Shown one piece after another: positions 50,005 through 59,428 of a DNA stretch of 64,000 nucleotides; position 1 is the stretch's first letter; each line of letters begins with the position of its first letter. A program made the translations under genes and the position numbers. The stretch covers positions 32,001-96,000 of the forward strand of contig CAVXJS010000009.1 in assembly GCA_963762145.1 (NCBI GenBank). Direction: 5' to 3'. Below the pieces are notes generated by a model, which was not told the origin of the DNA, ran no database searches, and was given only the letters and a program-made list of their open reading frames with translations. This DNA comes from an uncultured Candidatus Rokubacteria bacterium. GTDB lineage: Bacteria; Methylomirabilota; Methylomirabilia; Rokubacteriales; CSP1-6.

Positions 50005-50172
50005 TTAGTTCGCTTTCCGCTTGCGCGCTATCGATTCCTCCCGCCAGATCGTGTAGCAAGCGGGATGAGCGAGCGCGACGACACCTAGCTCGATGCGCGT
50101 GATGCCCAAGACAACGTAGGTCGGCCCCACGTCTGTGACGCGCCCAGACAGGAATGTCGGCTGATCGTCCAT
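50005..50172 (-). pseudogene. Chimera: OB-like N-terminus fused to a zinc-finger microprotein C-terminus
   Basis: SGRVTDVGPTYVVLG + LAHPACYTIWREES (compare LAHPDCYTLWREES at 30906). Confidence 0.65.
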
Positions 50173-50394
50173 TCGATGTCCACCCGAGGCGCGGACGATA
50201 GCAGACAGCTCTAAACCGGGCAAGTGCCAGTTGGCTACGATTCCACTACTCGGTGCTACGGCCGAGCCCGGCATCGCCCGGTGGGGATGAGCCGCGCGAA
50301 CCGGGCCTGCCCTTCTTGAGGCTGACCCTTACTCGGGTGTGCCCTCAAGTGGCTCCAAGATGAAGCAACCGAAGTACCTCGAGGAACTTCTGGC

Positions 50395-50661
50395 TCACCC
50401 CAGATTCTCTGGAGCGCGAGTGAACAGTTTGCCATCGTCGAACCGGACTATCCGCTCGGCGACCATGCCGCCGCCTTTCTGGCGAGCGACCACCAGTGTC
50501 AAGCTCATGCCGACTTCGATGCCCTTCACGAGGCGCTGGTCGGGAAGAAGAATTAGAGTGCCCGCGCCCAGAGTAATGTGGCGTTTCCCAATGGTGGTCA
50601 CTTTGCCGACGATCACATGTTGGCCGGAAGGGGGTCTCCAGTTCTTCCCGGTCGTGTTCAT
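50395..50661 (-). CDS. Small OB-fold-like protein
   Basis: GAGGGA RBS. VGKVTTIGKRHITLG...IEVGMSLTLVV...AERI. Confidence 0.7.
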   Translation of the reverse strand: MNTTGKNWRPPSGQHVIVGKVTTIGKRHITLGAGTLILLPDQRLVKGIEVGMSLTLVVARQKGGGMVAERIVRFDDGKLFTRAPENLG

Positions 50662-50673
50662 AGGTCCCTCAAA

Positions 50674-50712
50674 GAGCCGGGCGGGACGGATTTGCTCCGC
50701 CCCGCCGGGCTC
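50674..50712 (-). terminator. Hairpin after the Hsp20 gene
   Basis: GAGCCGGGCGGG...CCCGCCGGGCTC with a short U-tract on the minus strand. Confidence 0.5.
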
Positions 50713-50721
50713 CCCGATGAA

Positions 50722-51186
50722 TTACAAGAGGTCGATCTTGATCTCCTTCGGCTTGATCTCATCGGCCTTCGGGAGGGTGACCGTCAGCACGCCGTCTCGA
50801 TACGCTGCCTTCACCTGTCCAGCTTGCACCGGGATAGGGAGTGGTAGCGTGCGCTCGAACTTCCCCCACCACCGCTCGCCACGGTAGTAGTTCTGCTGGG
50901 CGACTTCCTGATTCGGCTGCCGGTCGCCTCGGATGGTGAGCATGTCGCCCGTGATGGAGAGATGGATGTCCTTTTGGTTGAGGCCAGGCAACTCGGCGGC
51001 GATGACCAGTTCGTCCTTGGTCTCGTACATGTCCAAGGGTGGAGCCCAAATCTGCTCCATCCCACCCATGTGAGCTGGCCGCCCGAGGAGATTGTCGAAC
51101 AGCCGATTCATCTGCCCTTGGATGTCGGTGACATCGCGAAAGGGGTCCATTGCCTGGGTTAGTGGGCGAAACCGCACGATTGCCAT
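50722..51186 (-). CDS. Hsp20/alpha-crystallin small heat-shock protein
   Basis: WAPPLDMYET, ELPGL, GKFERTLPLP, AYRDGVLTVTLPK. CAGGAGG RBS. Confidence 0.95.
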   Translation of the reverse strand: MAIVRFRPLTQAMDPFRDVTDIQGQMNRLFDNLLGRPAHMGGMEQIWAPPLDMYETKDELVIAAELPGLNQKDIHLSITGDMLTIRGDRQPNQEVAQQNYYRGERWWGKFERTLPLPIPVQAGQVKAAYRDGVLTVTLPKADEIKPKEIKIDLL

Positions 51187-51367
51187 ACCTGCCTCCTGTC
51201 TGGGCCGCAGGCCCACGGTTAAATATGCTTCTACTAGACTCATATTTCATGATTCGAGCTTTGTCAAGTACGGCCCATAAAAGTCAACAACGAGAAACTT
51301 ATCCGCCAGTTATGTAACGGCAGTCAGTCGTGGATTCGAGCCCTACGAAGCGTCGATGGAGGTCAGA

Positions 51368-51550
51368 TCAGGAGGCTTTACGTGACTTAGCAACCGCGCG
51401 CGCTGAGGCGGAACGGGCGGCGTCCCGTGTCTTCGCGAGCGCTTTAGCCTCCTTGTCTTGCTGGGCGCTCTTGCGGAGGCGGGCGAAATGCTCGGCGTCG
51501 GCGGCTTCGATCTTCTGGATGACGGCCCGCATTCGGGCGCTTATTGCCAT
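51368..51550 (-). CDS. 60-aa basic helical protein
   Basis: GAGGAGG RBS. MAISARMRAVIQKIEAAD... Confidence 0.5.
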   Translation of the reverse strand: MAISARMRAVIQKIEAADAEHFARLRKSAQQDKEAKALAKTRDAARSASARAVAKSRKAS

Positions 51551-51817
51551 TCGATGCTTCCTCCTCGGCGCGACAGATGAGGCTTGAACAAGCATAGATT
51601 ACACCTGGATAGGCCAGGCTGCGAGGCGAGCATTGAGGCGTTAGGGGGTTAGTTAGTTCGACCAGGAGCAGATGCCCGGCGGCCGTCAGCATCAGGCATG
51701 GGATGGGTTGCTCGTCGCCAACGCCGCCCAAGGCGTGACCCGCCGTGGCCGCCGTGGTGCCGACACCCTAACGAGTGCTGACCGCCAGCGCAGTATCCGT
51801 CCGCTCTCCGTAGGGAA

Positions 51818-52561
51818 TTGAGCGTGTTCCTGGTGACGGCCCGCGCTCACGCCGCGAAGGAGCTAGGGAGCTATGCGAGCCGACGCGACGCCCTGCTTTA
51901 TCTCACGCTCGCGGATACGGGCTTGCGCCCTGGAGAGGCACTGGCGCTCCGGTGGGAGGACTTCGACGACGCCACAGGCACCGTCAACGTCGAGCGGGCG
52001 GTGTCCCTGGGTGCCGTCAAGCCCACCAAGACCGAGGAGCGCCGCACCGTTGACTTGACTCCCCGGCTCCTCGCGGCCCTCTGCGACTGGCAGATCGCTA
52101 TCGAGGCCGATGCCTTGGCGCGTGGCCTCGAGCCGAACCCGTGGGTGTTGCCAGCCGAAAGCGGCGAGCTGCTCGACGTGAAACCCGTGTCGCGGCGCTT
52201 CCAGGGGCTGCTACGCCGGGCCAGACTCCCCAGGCATCGCCTCTACGATCTTCGTCACACCTGTGCGACGCACCTACTCGCTGAGGGCGCCCCGATCACT
52301 TATGTTGCCGCGCAGCTCGGCCACACCAAGCCAACAACGACGCTCGCGCACTACGCGCATTGGCTCCCCCGAGGGGACAGGCAGTGGGTTGAGCGGCTCG
52401 ACCGTGCTCGTGGCGGTGCGGGGGTTGGCACCGCGAGTTGGCACCAGAAGGGCCGCGAGGGATTCGCTGCTGCGGAAGTCCGTGAAAGAAATGGTGAGCC
52501 GTCTCGGGATCGAACCGAGGACCCCCTGATTAAAAGTCAGGTGCTCTACCAACTGAGCTAA
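51818..52561 (+). pseudogene. Tyrosine integrase, catalytic domain only (N-terminus lost)
   Basis: TGLRPGEALALRW, PTKT, YDLRHT, QLGH, TLAHY. The ORF reads through the antisense tRNA. Confidence 0.9.
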
Positions 52562-52567
52562 CGGCTC
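52492..52567 (-). tRNA. tRNA-Lys(TTT)
   Basis: GAGCCGT/ACGGCTC acceptor stem, CCTGA-CTTTTAA-TCAGG anticodon arm, GGTTCGATCCC, CCA; 76 nt. Confidence 0.97.
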
Positions 52568-52629
52568 GGGTCAGGAATTCTGGGGAGTTACAGGGGCCGA
52601 GTCTACCACGCTGCGACGCCGCGCGGCCG

Positions 52630-53478
52630 CTAGCTCCTGGGCCGCGGATGCGTCAGGGGCTCGACCAGGTCGGCCATCGCGGGCGGCGTCGTCACGTCCT
52701 TGAAGTCGGCGAGCCGGCGATAGATCTCGCCGCACGCCTGATGGAAGCCGCCCGGCAGGCCGGCCGCCTCGAAGGTCGCCGCGATCTCCTCCATCTCGCC
52801 CACGAAGCGCCACGCCTTGCGCGCATTGTCGCGCGCGGCGGCCTCGGACTTCTTCGGCAGGTCGGGCTGCGAGCGATGCCACTCGGCGAGCAGCGCGTCG
52901 TCCACCCCTTCGCTCGCGGCGAGCGCGCGAACGCCCATCAGCAGCGCGGAGGTGCCCTTGGTGAAGGCGGCGTAGACCATCTTGAGCGCGGAGGCCGCAC
53001 CCGGCACGTCGTTGACCGCGATCGCCTCGAGCGCGCTCCCTTCGAAGAGCGCGACCACGCGCTTGGCCTCGCGTCCCGACAGGTAGAGACGCGTGGAGCC
53101 GGCGGTCCGGGGAGGCGGGCCGATGAGGCCGCCGTCCACGAAGGTGGCGCCGACCTGCTCGACGACGGCGCCGACCTCCCGCGCGGTGGCCGGCGCGACC
53201 GCGTTACCGTCCACGTAGAGCCCGGCGAAGCGATGGGCTGCGACCTCGCGGGCCAGGTCGAGCGCGGCGTGGGGCGGGCAGATCGACAGCACGACGTCGC
53301 TGGCCGCGAGAACCTTGGCCACGGTGCCCGCGTCCTCGAGCCCCGCCGCGGCCGCGCGGGCCCGCGTATCGGCGCTGCGCCCCGTGGCGGCCCAGAGCAC
53401 GCGCTGTCCCGCGGCGCGCGCGCACGCGCCCACGACCGCGCCCATGTCCCCCGGATGCAGCAGTCCGATCGTCATCAT
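52630..53478 (-). CDS. NAD(P)-dependent oxidoreductase (6PGD/HIBADH-like, DUF1932)
   Basis: IGLLHPGDMG, FVDGGLIGPPP, ASALKMVYA, KAWRFVGEMEEIA. Confidence 0.92.
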   Translation of the reverse strand: MMTIGLLHPGDMGAVVGACARAAGQRVLWAATGRSADTRARAAAAGLEDAGTVAKVLAASDVVLSICPPHAALDLAREVAAHRFAGLYVDGNAVAPATAREVGAVVEQVGATFVDGGLIGPPPRTAGSTRLYLSGREAKRVVALFEGSALEAIAVNDVPGAASALKMVYAAFTKGTSALLMGVRALAASEGVDDALLAEWHRSQPDLPKKSEAAARDNARKAWRFVGEMEEIAATFEAAGLPGGFHQACGEIYRRLADFKDVTTPPAMADLVEPLTHPRPRS

Positions 53479-53500
53479 CCATTCCTCCGTAGATGGCGGG

Positions 53501-53791
53501 TCACTCTTCCCCCGCGAGGTGCGCGAAGCGGCCCGACGTCGAGCGCGTGGGCAGCTCGGCCGAGCCGTGAATGGGCTTGATCTCGATCTCCCGCACTAGG
53601 TCGCCCAGCAGGACCGCGATGAGCCCGAGCATGGCGAGGGGCGGCGAGAACATCAGCGCGGCGAGGAGCCAGACGAAGAAGCCCTGCACGCCCCGGGTCG
53701 CGCCGCCCACCATGCCCACGAAGAGCGCGCCGATCACCCAGCCCGCCAGCAGCACGAGGAGCCAGAGACTCGGTTCAGCCACGGGGGCCAT
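53501..53791 (-). CDS. Small membrane protein
   Basis: Hydrophobic helices; FVWLLAALMFSPPLA. Confidence 0.65.
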   Translation of the reverse strand: MAPVAEPSLWLLVLLAGWVIGALFVGMVGGATRGVQGFFVWLLAALMFSPPLAMLGLIAVLLGDLVREIEIKPIHGSAELPTRSTSGRFAHLAGEE

Positions 53792-53913
53792 GGTACCGCA
53801 GCCCGAGCCCCCTGCCCAGCGCGCGCGGGGTGCGGCTCGAATCGAGCGCGGGGTCGACCCGCGCAACCTGCGTCGGGGGGAGTTTCGGAAGGGGCGTAGC
53901 CCCTTCGAGCTGC

Positions 53914-54045
53914 TCAGCGGGCGGGGGCGCTCGTCGAGACCAGCGCCGGGTCGTCCACCGGCGTGACTTCCGCGTCGGCCATCAGGAACATTGCGAGGAT
54001 GAAGAAGGTGACGAGGATACCGAATCCGATCGACGCGCGCTTCAT
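53914..54045 (-). CDS. 43-aa membrane/exported peptide
   Basis: ATGA overlap with the REC gene. MKRASIGFGILVTFFILAMFL. Confidence 0.55.
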   Translation of the reverse strand: MKRASIGFGILVTFFILAMFLMADAEVTPVDDPALVSTSAPAR

Positions 54046-54470
54046 ACGGGGCTGATCTCCGGACGCAGGGTGCAGACGATGGTCCGCAGCTCCCGCGGGC
54101 TGATGGGTTTCTCGAGCAGGTGGGCGGCGCCGTAGCGCAGCGCCTCCGCCTGCGTGTCGGGCTGGCATTCGGCCGCGATCAGGACCATCGGGAGCGCCGG
54201 ATCCGCGGCGCGCAGGATGCGCACCAGATCCCAGCCGTCCTCCGCGATCCCGTGAGCCGGCGGCAGGTCGAGATCGATGATGGCCAGATCGAACTCGCTG
54301 TCGACGATCCTGCGGATGGCCTCCGAGCTGCCCGCCGCCGTCTCGACGGCGAACCCGCTGCCACGCAGCGCGGCGCCCAGGCCCTCGCGACTCGTGCCGT
54401 AGGGATCGACCAGCAAGAGCCGGCCTCGTCCCTCCGTCTCCGCGTCGCCGTTCAGCCCGAAGGTGGCCAT
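54042..54470 (-). CDS. Single-domain response regulator (atypical acidic pocket)
   Basis: LLLVDPY...AIIDLDLP...LLEKP. Confidence 0.85.
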   Translation of the reverse strand: MATFGLNGDAETEGRGRLLLVDPYGTSREGLGAALRGSGFAVETAAGSSEAIRRIVDSEFDLAIIDLDLPPAHGIAEDGWDLVRILRAADPALPMVLIAAECQPDTQAEALRYGAAHLLEKPISPRELRTIVCTLRPEISPV

Positions 54471-54494
54471 GTCGTCGAATCTCCGATTTCATAG

Positions 54495-54509
54495 GCAACC
54501 GAGGTGCCA
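54495..54509 (-). promoter_or_regulatory. sigma54 -24/-12 promoter
   Basis: TTGGCAC-CTCGG-TTGC, a consensus match. Confidence 0.7.
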
Positions 54510-54617
54510 ACCGGCGGCGAGCTGCTGGCATGCGTGGATTCCCGGCATTCCGGTCATTTAGGGAAATTCGGGCGCCACCCGCGTGGACAGCGGGCGTCAA
54601 TCACCTGACACTTGTTG

Positions 54618-54630
54618 TGTAACCGTTACA
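54618..54630. promoter_or_regulatory. Palindrome TGTAA-N3-TTACA (candidate enhancer)
   Basis: TGTAACCGTTACA; same core at 56234 and 61057. Confidence 0.5.
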
Positions 54631-54751
54631 TCGAAACCGGTAATTTTTTCATCATCGGCGCGGACTTGCAAAGCGACGCACTGCGACGAGTAGAGGCGCC
54701 CCGCGCCGGGTTGCCGTATGCTGCGTGGAAATCCCCGCGGGAGGGTGCAAC

Positions 54752-56231
54752 ATGCGAGTGCTCCTGGTGCATCCGAGTCCGTTGATGTATTCGGAGCTGT
54801 ACCTCCGACTCGAGCCGCTCGGCCTCGAGCGCGTGGCCGCCGCCCTCGAGGCCGCTGGACACGAGGTGCGGCTGCTGGACCTGCAGATCTTCAAGCACGC
54901 CGACTACTGGCGCGAGCTGGAGACGTTCGCGCCCCAGGCGGTGGGCTTCTCGGTGAACTATCTGGCCAACGTCCCCGAGGTGGTGGACCTCGCCAAGGAG
55001 ACCAAGGCCCGGCCCGGCGCTCCCTTCATACTCGTCGGCGGCCACAGCGCGTCCTTCATCGCGTCCGAGTTCCTCGACCACGCGGCCGGCGCCATCGACT
55101 GCATCGTACGCGGCGAGGGTGAGGTCATCGCGCCGCTCGTGCTCGAGGCCATCGGCGATCCGAAGCTCGAGAGCCTGCCCGGCGTCGTCACCCGGCACGG
55201 CGCGGGTCCGAGCCCGACCCTCCTCAAGGACCTCGACCTGCACCTCGCCCGCGCGCCACCTCGGCCGGCGCCGCCACAAGTACTTCATCGGCGTGCTCGA
55301 TCCCTGCGCGTCCATCGAGTTCACGCGCGGCTGTCCCTGGGACTGCTCGTTCTGCAGCGCGTGGACCTTCTACGGGCGCAGCTACCGCAAGGGCTCGCCG
55401 GAGGCGGGGGTCGAGGACCTCGCGCGCATCCGCGAGCCCAACGTCTTCATCGTGGACGACGTCGCCTTCATCCAGGCCGAGCACGGCTTCGCGATCGCCC
55501 GCGAGATCGAGCGCCGGCGCATCCGCAAGCAGTACTACCTCGAGACGCGCTGCGACGTGCTGATCAAGAACCAGGAGCTCTTCGCGTACTGGAAGCGGCT
55601 CGGCCTCTACTACATGTTCCTCGGCATCGAAGCCCTCGACGACGATGCGCTGCGGCTGCACCGCAAGCGGGTGACCCTCAACGAGAACCTCCGGGCGCTC
55701 GAGATCGCCCGGTCGCTCGGGCTCACCGTGGCCATCAACATCATCGCGGACCCGAGCTGGGACGAGGCCCGCTTCGCCCAGGTACGCGACTGGGCACTCA
55801 CCGTCCCCGAGGTCGTGCACTTCACGGTGGCCACCCCCTATCCGGGCACGGAGCTCTGGCTGACCGAGGCCCGCCAGCTCACGTCCCGGGACTACCGCCT
55901 CTTCGACGTGCAGCACGCGGTGCTCCCCACCAAGCTCCCGCTCAAGCGGTTCTACGAGGAGCTGGTCCGGACCCAGGCCGTGCTCAACCGGAAGCACCTG
56001 GGCTGGGGCGCGGTCCGCAAGTACGGGGGGGCCGCGCTCCATGCGGCCGCCCGAGGGCAGACGAACTACCTTCGCATGCTCTGGAAGTTCAGCACCGTCT
56101 ACAACCCCGAGCGGCAGTACGGCGATCACCAGCAGCCGGTCCGTTACGAGATGCGGCCCCCGCGCCCGCTGGCCGGGGCCAAGCCCAGCAAGCAGGAGCT
56201 CTACGTCCACATGCCGGCCGCGGTCCACTAG
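54752..56231 (+). CDS. hpnR: Hopanoid C-3 methylase (B12-binding radical SAM), frameshift near 55250
   Basis: N-terminus HPSPLMYSELYLRLEPLGLE typical of HpnR; RGCPWDCSFCSAWTFYGRSY; FIVDD; YYLETRCD; FDVQHAVLPT. Confidence 0.85.
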
Positions 56232-56233
56232 TC

Positions 56234-56248
56234 GTGTAACCCTTACAC
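56234..56248. promoter_or_regulatory. Palindrome GTGTAA-N3-TTACAC (candidate enhancer)
   Basis: GTGTAACCCTTACAC, ~140 bp upstream of a sigma54-like site. Confidence 0.5.
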
Positions 56249-56387
56249 CACTATGTAAAGTTGAGGGCCGCGCCGGCCCCTTTCCCGCCCTCAGGCGCGA
56301 TGGGTCCGTCGCGGTAATGGCCTGTAAGTAAAGGCCAGATCACGGAAATTGACGCACCGACCCTCGGTGCGTTTCCCCCGCCCCTCC

Positions 56388-56402
56388 TGGCTTATTTGTT
56401 GC
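56388..56402 (+). promoter_or_regulatory. sigma54 -24/-12-like promoter
   Basis: TGGCTT-ATTTG-TTGC upstream of the OmpA gene. Confidence 0.55.
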
Positions 56403-56475
56403 TCCCCACAGGCAGGTTCGCGATACGTTGCATACGTCGTATATGTCGTCAACGCCCAACATGAGGAGGCGGTAC

Positions 56476-57111
56476 ATGCGGAAAGTCATGAAGATCGGCG
56501 TCCTGCTACCAGTGGCAGTCCTGCTGGTGTCCGGGTGCGCCACGAAGGGCTTCGTCAGGGACATGTTCGCCAAGAAGGATGTCGAGGTCGACCAGCGTTT
56601 CGTGAAGGTCGAGGGCCAGGTCGAGGGTGTCAACACCGAGGTCAAGGGCGTGACCACCCAGGTGAAGAGCCTGGAGGGCGCCGTGGCCGATGCCCGGAGC
56701 CGTGCCGACGCGGCGATGACCAAGGCTGAGGGCGTGGATACCCGCCTCACCCGCCTGTGGTCGAACCGCTACAACCAGAAGACGGCCGACACCCTGGAGG
56801 TCTATTTCGGCTTCGACAAGGCCGAGCTCACCGACGGGGCCCAGACGGCTCTGCTGGGCGTGATCAAGGAGCTACAGGGCAACCCCACCCTGGTGGTTGA
56901 GCTGGGTGGCTACACCGACCCCAAGGGCCCCGTGGACTACAACTACGGCCTGAGCCAGCGTCGGGTCGAGTCGGTGCGCCGCTTCCTCGTCGAGAAGGGC
57001 GTTCCGCTGTCCCGCGTGCAGGCGGTCGGCCTCGGGCCCATCGCGGCCAAGGAGACCCCGGACGAGAAGAAGCGCCGGGTCACCGTCAAGATGATGGTGG
57101 ATCAGGACTAG
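56476..57111 (+). CDS. OmpA-family lipoprotein with coiled-coil N-terminus
   Basis: VSGCATK lipobox, YFGFDK, GYTD, NYGLSQRR. GAGGAGG RBS. Confidence 0.93.
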   Translation: MRKVMKIGVLLPVAVLLVSGCATKGFVRDMFAKKDVEVDQRFVKVEGQVEGVNTEVKGVTTQVKSLEGAVADARSRADAAMTKAEGVDTRLTRLWSNRYNQKTADTLEVYFGFDKAELTDGAQTALLGVIKELQGNPTLVVELGGYTDPKGPVDYNYGLSQRRVESVRRFLVEKGVPLSRVQAVGLGPIAAKETPDEKKRRVTVKMMVDQD

Positions 57112-57131
57112 GCAGAACCAGCCGCACGCTC

Positions 57132-57169
57132 AAAAAAGGGGGAGGGACTCGCGTCCCTTCCCCCTTTTT
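57132..57169. terminator. Bidirectional intrinsic terminator
   Basis: AAAAAAGGGGGAGGGAC-TCGC-GTCCCTTCCCCCTTTTT between convergent genes. Confidence 0.9.
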
Positions 57170-59428
57170 CTATTTCTTCTCCCAGGCCGCCGGCTCGGGC
57201 ATGTTGGCCGGGTGCTCGGGGATCCGCTCGAGCTCGCTCAGCAGGAGCCCCGCCCACCGGTAGATATTGTGCTCGCGCACCCCCTCGCGCATGCGCCCCA
57301 TGCGCGCCCGCCGCTCATCGCTCGGCATCGAGACCGCGGTGCGGATGGCGTCGGCCATCCCGTCCACGTCGTAGGGATTCACCAGGATCGCGTCCCGCAG
57401 CTCCGACGACGCGCCGGTGAACTGGCTCAGGATGAGCGCCCCCTCCTCGTCGTCGCGGACGGAGATGAACTCCTTGGCGACCAGGTTCATGCCGTCGTGC
57501 AGGGAGGTCACCATGCAGAAGTCGGCGTGGCGGTAGAAGGGCCAGATGTCGCGGTGCTCGTGGTGGCGCTTCAGGTAGAGAATGGGCTTCCACCGCTTGG
57601 TCTGGTACGTCCCGTTCACCTCCTGCACCGCCGCGTCCACCTCGGCCTCCAGCGCCTGGTAGCGCGGGATGGTGCTGCGGCTCGGCGCGGCGAGCTGCAC
57701 GAAGACCACGCGCTCGCGGTACTCCGGGAAGCGCTCGAAGAAGCGGCCCAGCGCCCGGAAGCGCTCGGGCAGGCCCTTGGTGTAGTCGAGCCGCTCGACC
57801 CCGACCCCGAGGAACTCGGCGGTCGTGTCCAGGCTCTCGAGGAGCGCTTGCCGAGACGTCGTGGGCGGGTTGTCCACGAACCCGGGCGCCACGCTGATCG
57901 GGAACGGCTTGACCGACGTCACGTGCTGCCCCCGGGTGACCGAGAAGCGCTCCCAGTCGATCCGGGCCTCGATGGCCCGCTCCACCGTGTCCAGGAAGTT
58001 GTTGCAGTAGTACTGGGTGTGGAAGCCGATCAGGTCGGCGCCCAGCATGCCCAGGAGCAGCTCGTCCTGCCACGGGCAGATCGAGAAGGCCTCGAAGTTC
58101 GGCCACGGGATGTGCCAGAAGATCGCGGTGCGCGCGTCCGGGCGCTCGCGCTTGATGAGCCCGGGCAACAGCGCGAAGTGATAGTCCTGGATCAGCACCA
58201 TCGGCGATTCGGTGCCCGCGATCTCCTCGAGCACCGCGGCCGCGAACTTCTCGTTGACCGCCCGGTAGTGCGCCCAGTCTTCCGGGCGGAACAGGGGCCG
58301 GTTGTGCACGATGTGGCAGAGCGGCCACAGCCCCTCGTTGGAGAAGCCGTAGTAGTATCCGGCCTCCTCCTCCGGGGTGAGCCAGACGCGCTTGAGCGTG
58401 AACCGCGGGTCGTCGGGGGGCACGCGGAGGCGGCCCCGCGCGTCCGCGGTCTCGCGGTCCGCGTCGCCGCTGGCCTGGGCGACCCAGATGCCGCCGCAGG
58501 CGCGCATCACCGGATCCATCGCGGTGACGAGCCCGCTGGCCGGGGTGACCACCTGGATGCGGCCGTCCTTCCAGACGTGGCTGATCGGCTCCCGGTTGGA
58601 GACCACCACCAGGGGCCGCTCGCCGAGCCGCATCTTGGCGAACTGCTTGAGCCGCTCTTCCGTCCAGAGGGTCTGGCCGATCAGGCGCAGCGCGGCCTCT
58701 TCCTCGGCGGCCGCCTTGGCCCGCTGGAGGTTCTTGGCCAGCACCGTGACCTCGCGCGCGATGGGGCCGAAGAGGCTCTCGTCCGGCATCTCGGGCGGGT
58801 CGATCGCGTGGCCCCGCCGGACCGCCTTGGTCCAGCGCGCCATCTTGGCGAGCGGCTGGGTCAGGCTCATCCGGACGACCAGCAGCGCGATCAGGGCGAG
58901 CACCGCGGCCAGCACCACGAAGCGGATGGCGTTGAAGCGCCAGCGCTCCCATTCGGCCACCTTGAGATCGGAGGCGTTGAGGAACACCACGAGGGCGCCG
59001 GTGGCCTTGTCGTCGCGCAGGATCGGGTCGGCGTAGACGTAGAGGGTCTTGCCGTCGAGCTTGCGGAAGCCGGTCTGCACCGCCCCCGACGTGAGCGCCC
59101 ACGTCACCTCGGGGGGCGGCGTCTCGATCATCTGCTTGCCCACGCTCGGCGTCACCGAGATCATCGAGGCGACGCGATCGTAGACCGCGAGCTCCAGGTC
59201 CGGCTTGCTGAACTTCTTGATCAGCCGGTCGATCTGGACCTTGTTGCCGCCGCGGGCCAGCGCCGGCTCCAGCACCTCCTTGAGGCTCTCGCTCACCAGG
59301 GCGGCCCGGCGGTCGAGCTCGGAGATCAGCCGCTGCCGCTCCTCGGCGACCTGGAGATAGGCGAAGACCCCGATGACCACCAGGGACGCAACCCAGAGCG
59401 CGGCGACCAGCCGGAGCTGGAACCTCAC
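57170..59428 (-). CDS. otsA: Trehalose-6-phosphate synthase with N-terminal TM-sensor-TM-HAMP module
   Basis: [50 protein letters not shown]. Two TM helices and a HAMP-like linker. Confidence 0.92.
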   Translation of the reverse strand: MRFQLRLVAALWVASLVVIGVFAYLQVAEERQRLISELDRRAALVSESLKEVLEPALARGGNKVQIDRLIKKFSKPDLELAVYDRVASMISVTPSVGKQMIETPPPEVTWALTSGAVQTGFRKLDGKTLYVYADPILRDDKATGALVVFLNASDLKVAEWERWRFNAIRFVVLAAVLALIALLVVRMSLTQPLAKMARWTKAVRRGHAIDPPEMPDESLFGPIAREVTVLAKNLQRAKAAAEEEAALRLIGQTLWTEERLKQFAKMRLGERPLVVVSNREPISHVWKDGRIQVVTPASGLVTAMDPVMRACGGIWVAQASGDADRETADARGRLRVPPDDPRFTLKRVWLTPEEEAGYYYGFSNEGLWPLCHIVHNRPLFRPEDWAHYRAVNEKFAAAVLEEIAGTESPMVLIQDYHFALLPGLIKRERPDARTAIFWHIPWPNFEAFSICPWQDELLLGMLGADLIGFHTQYYCNNFLDTVERAIEARIDWERFSVTRGQHVTSVKPFPISVAPGFVDNPPTTSRQALLESLDTTAEFLGVGVERLDYTKGLPERFRALGRFFERFPEYRERVVFVQLAAPSRSTIPRYQALEAEVDAAVQEVNGTYQTKRWKPILYLKRHHEHRDIWPFYRHADFCMVTSLHDGMNLVAKEFISVRDDEEGALILSQFTGASSELRDAILVNPYDVDGMADAIRTAVSMPSDERRARMGRMREGVREHNIYRWAGLLLSELERIPEHPANMPEPAAWEKK

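Larger units (their letters stand above)
47582..52536. mobile_element. ~4.9 kb integrative element remnant at tRNA-Lys
   Basis: Flanking 45-bp direct repeats, tyrosine integrase next to the tRNA, lower GC, microprotein cargo. Confidence 0.9.

Noticed and set aside
47627-52491. Prophage
   Set aside because: No structural, terminase, replication or lysis genes are recognisable.
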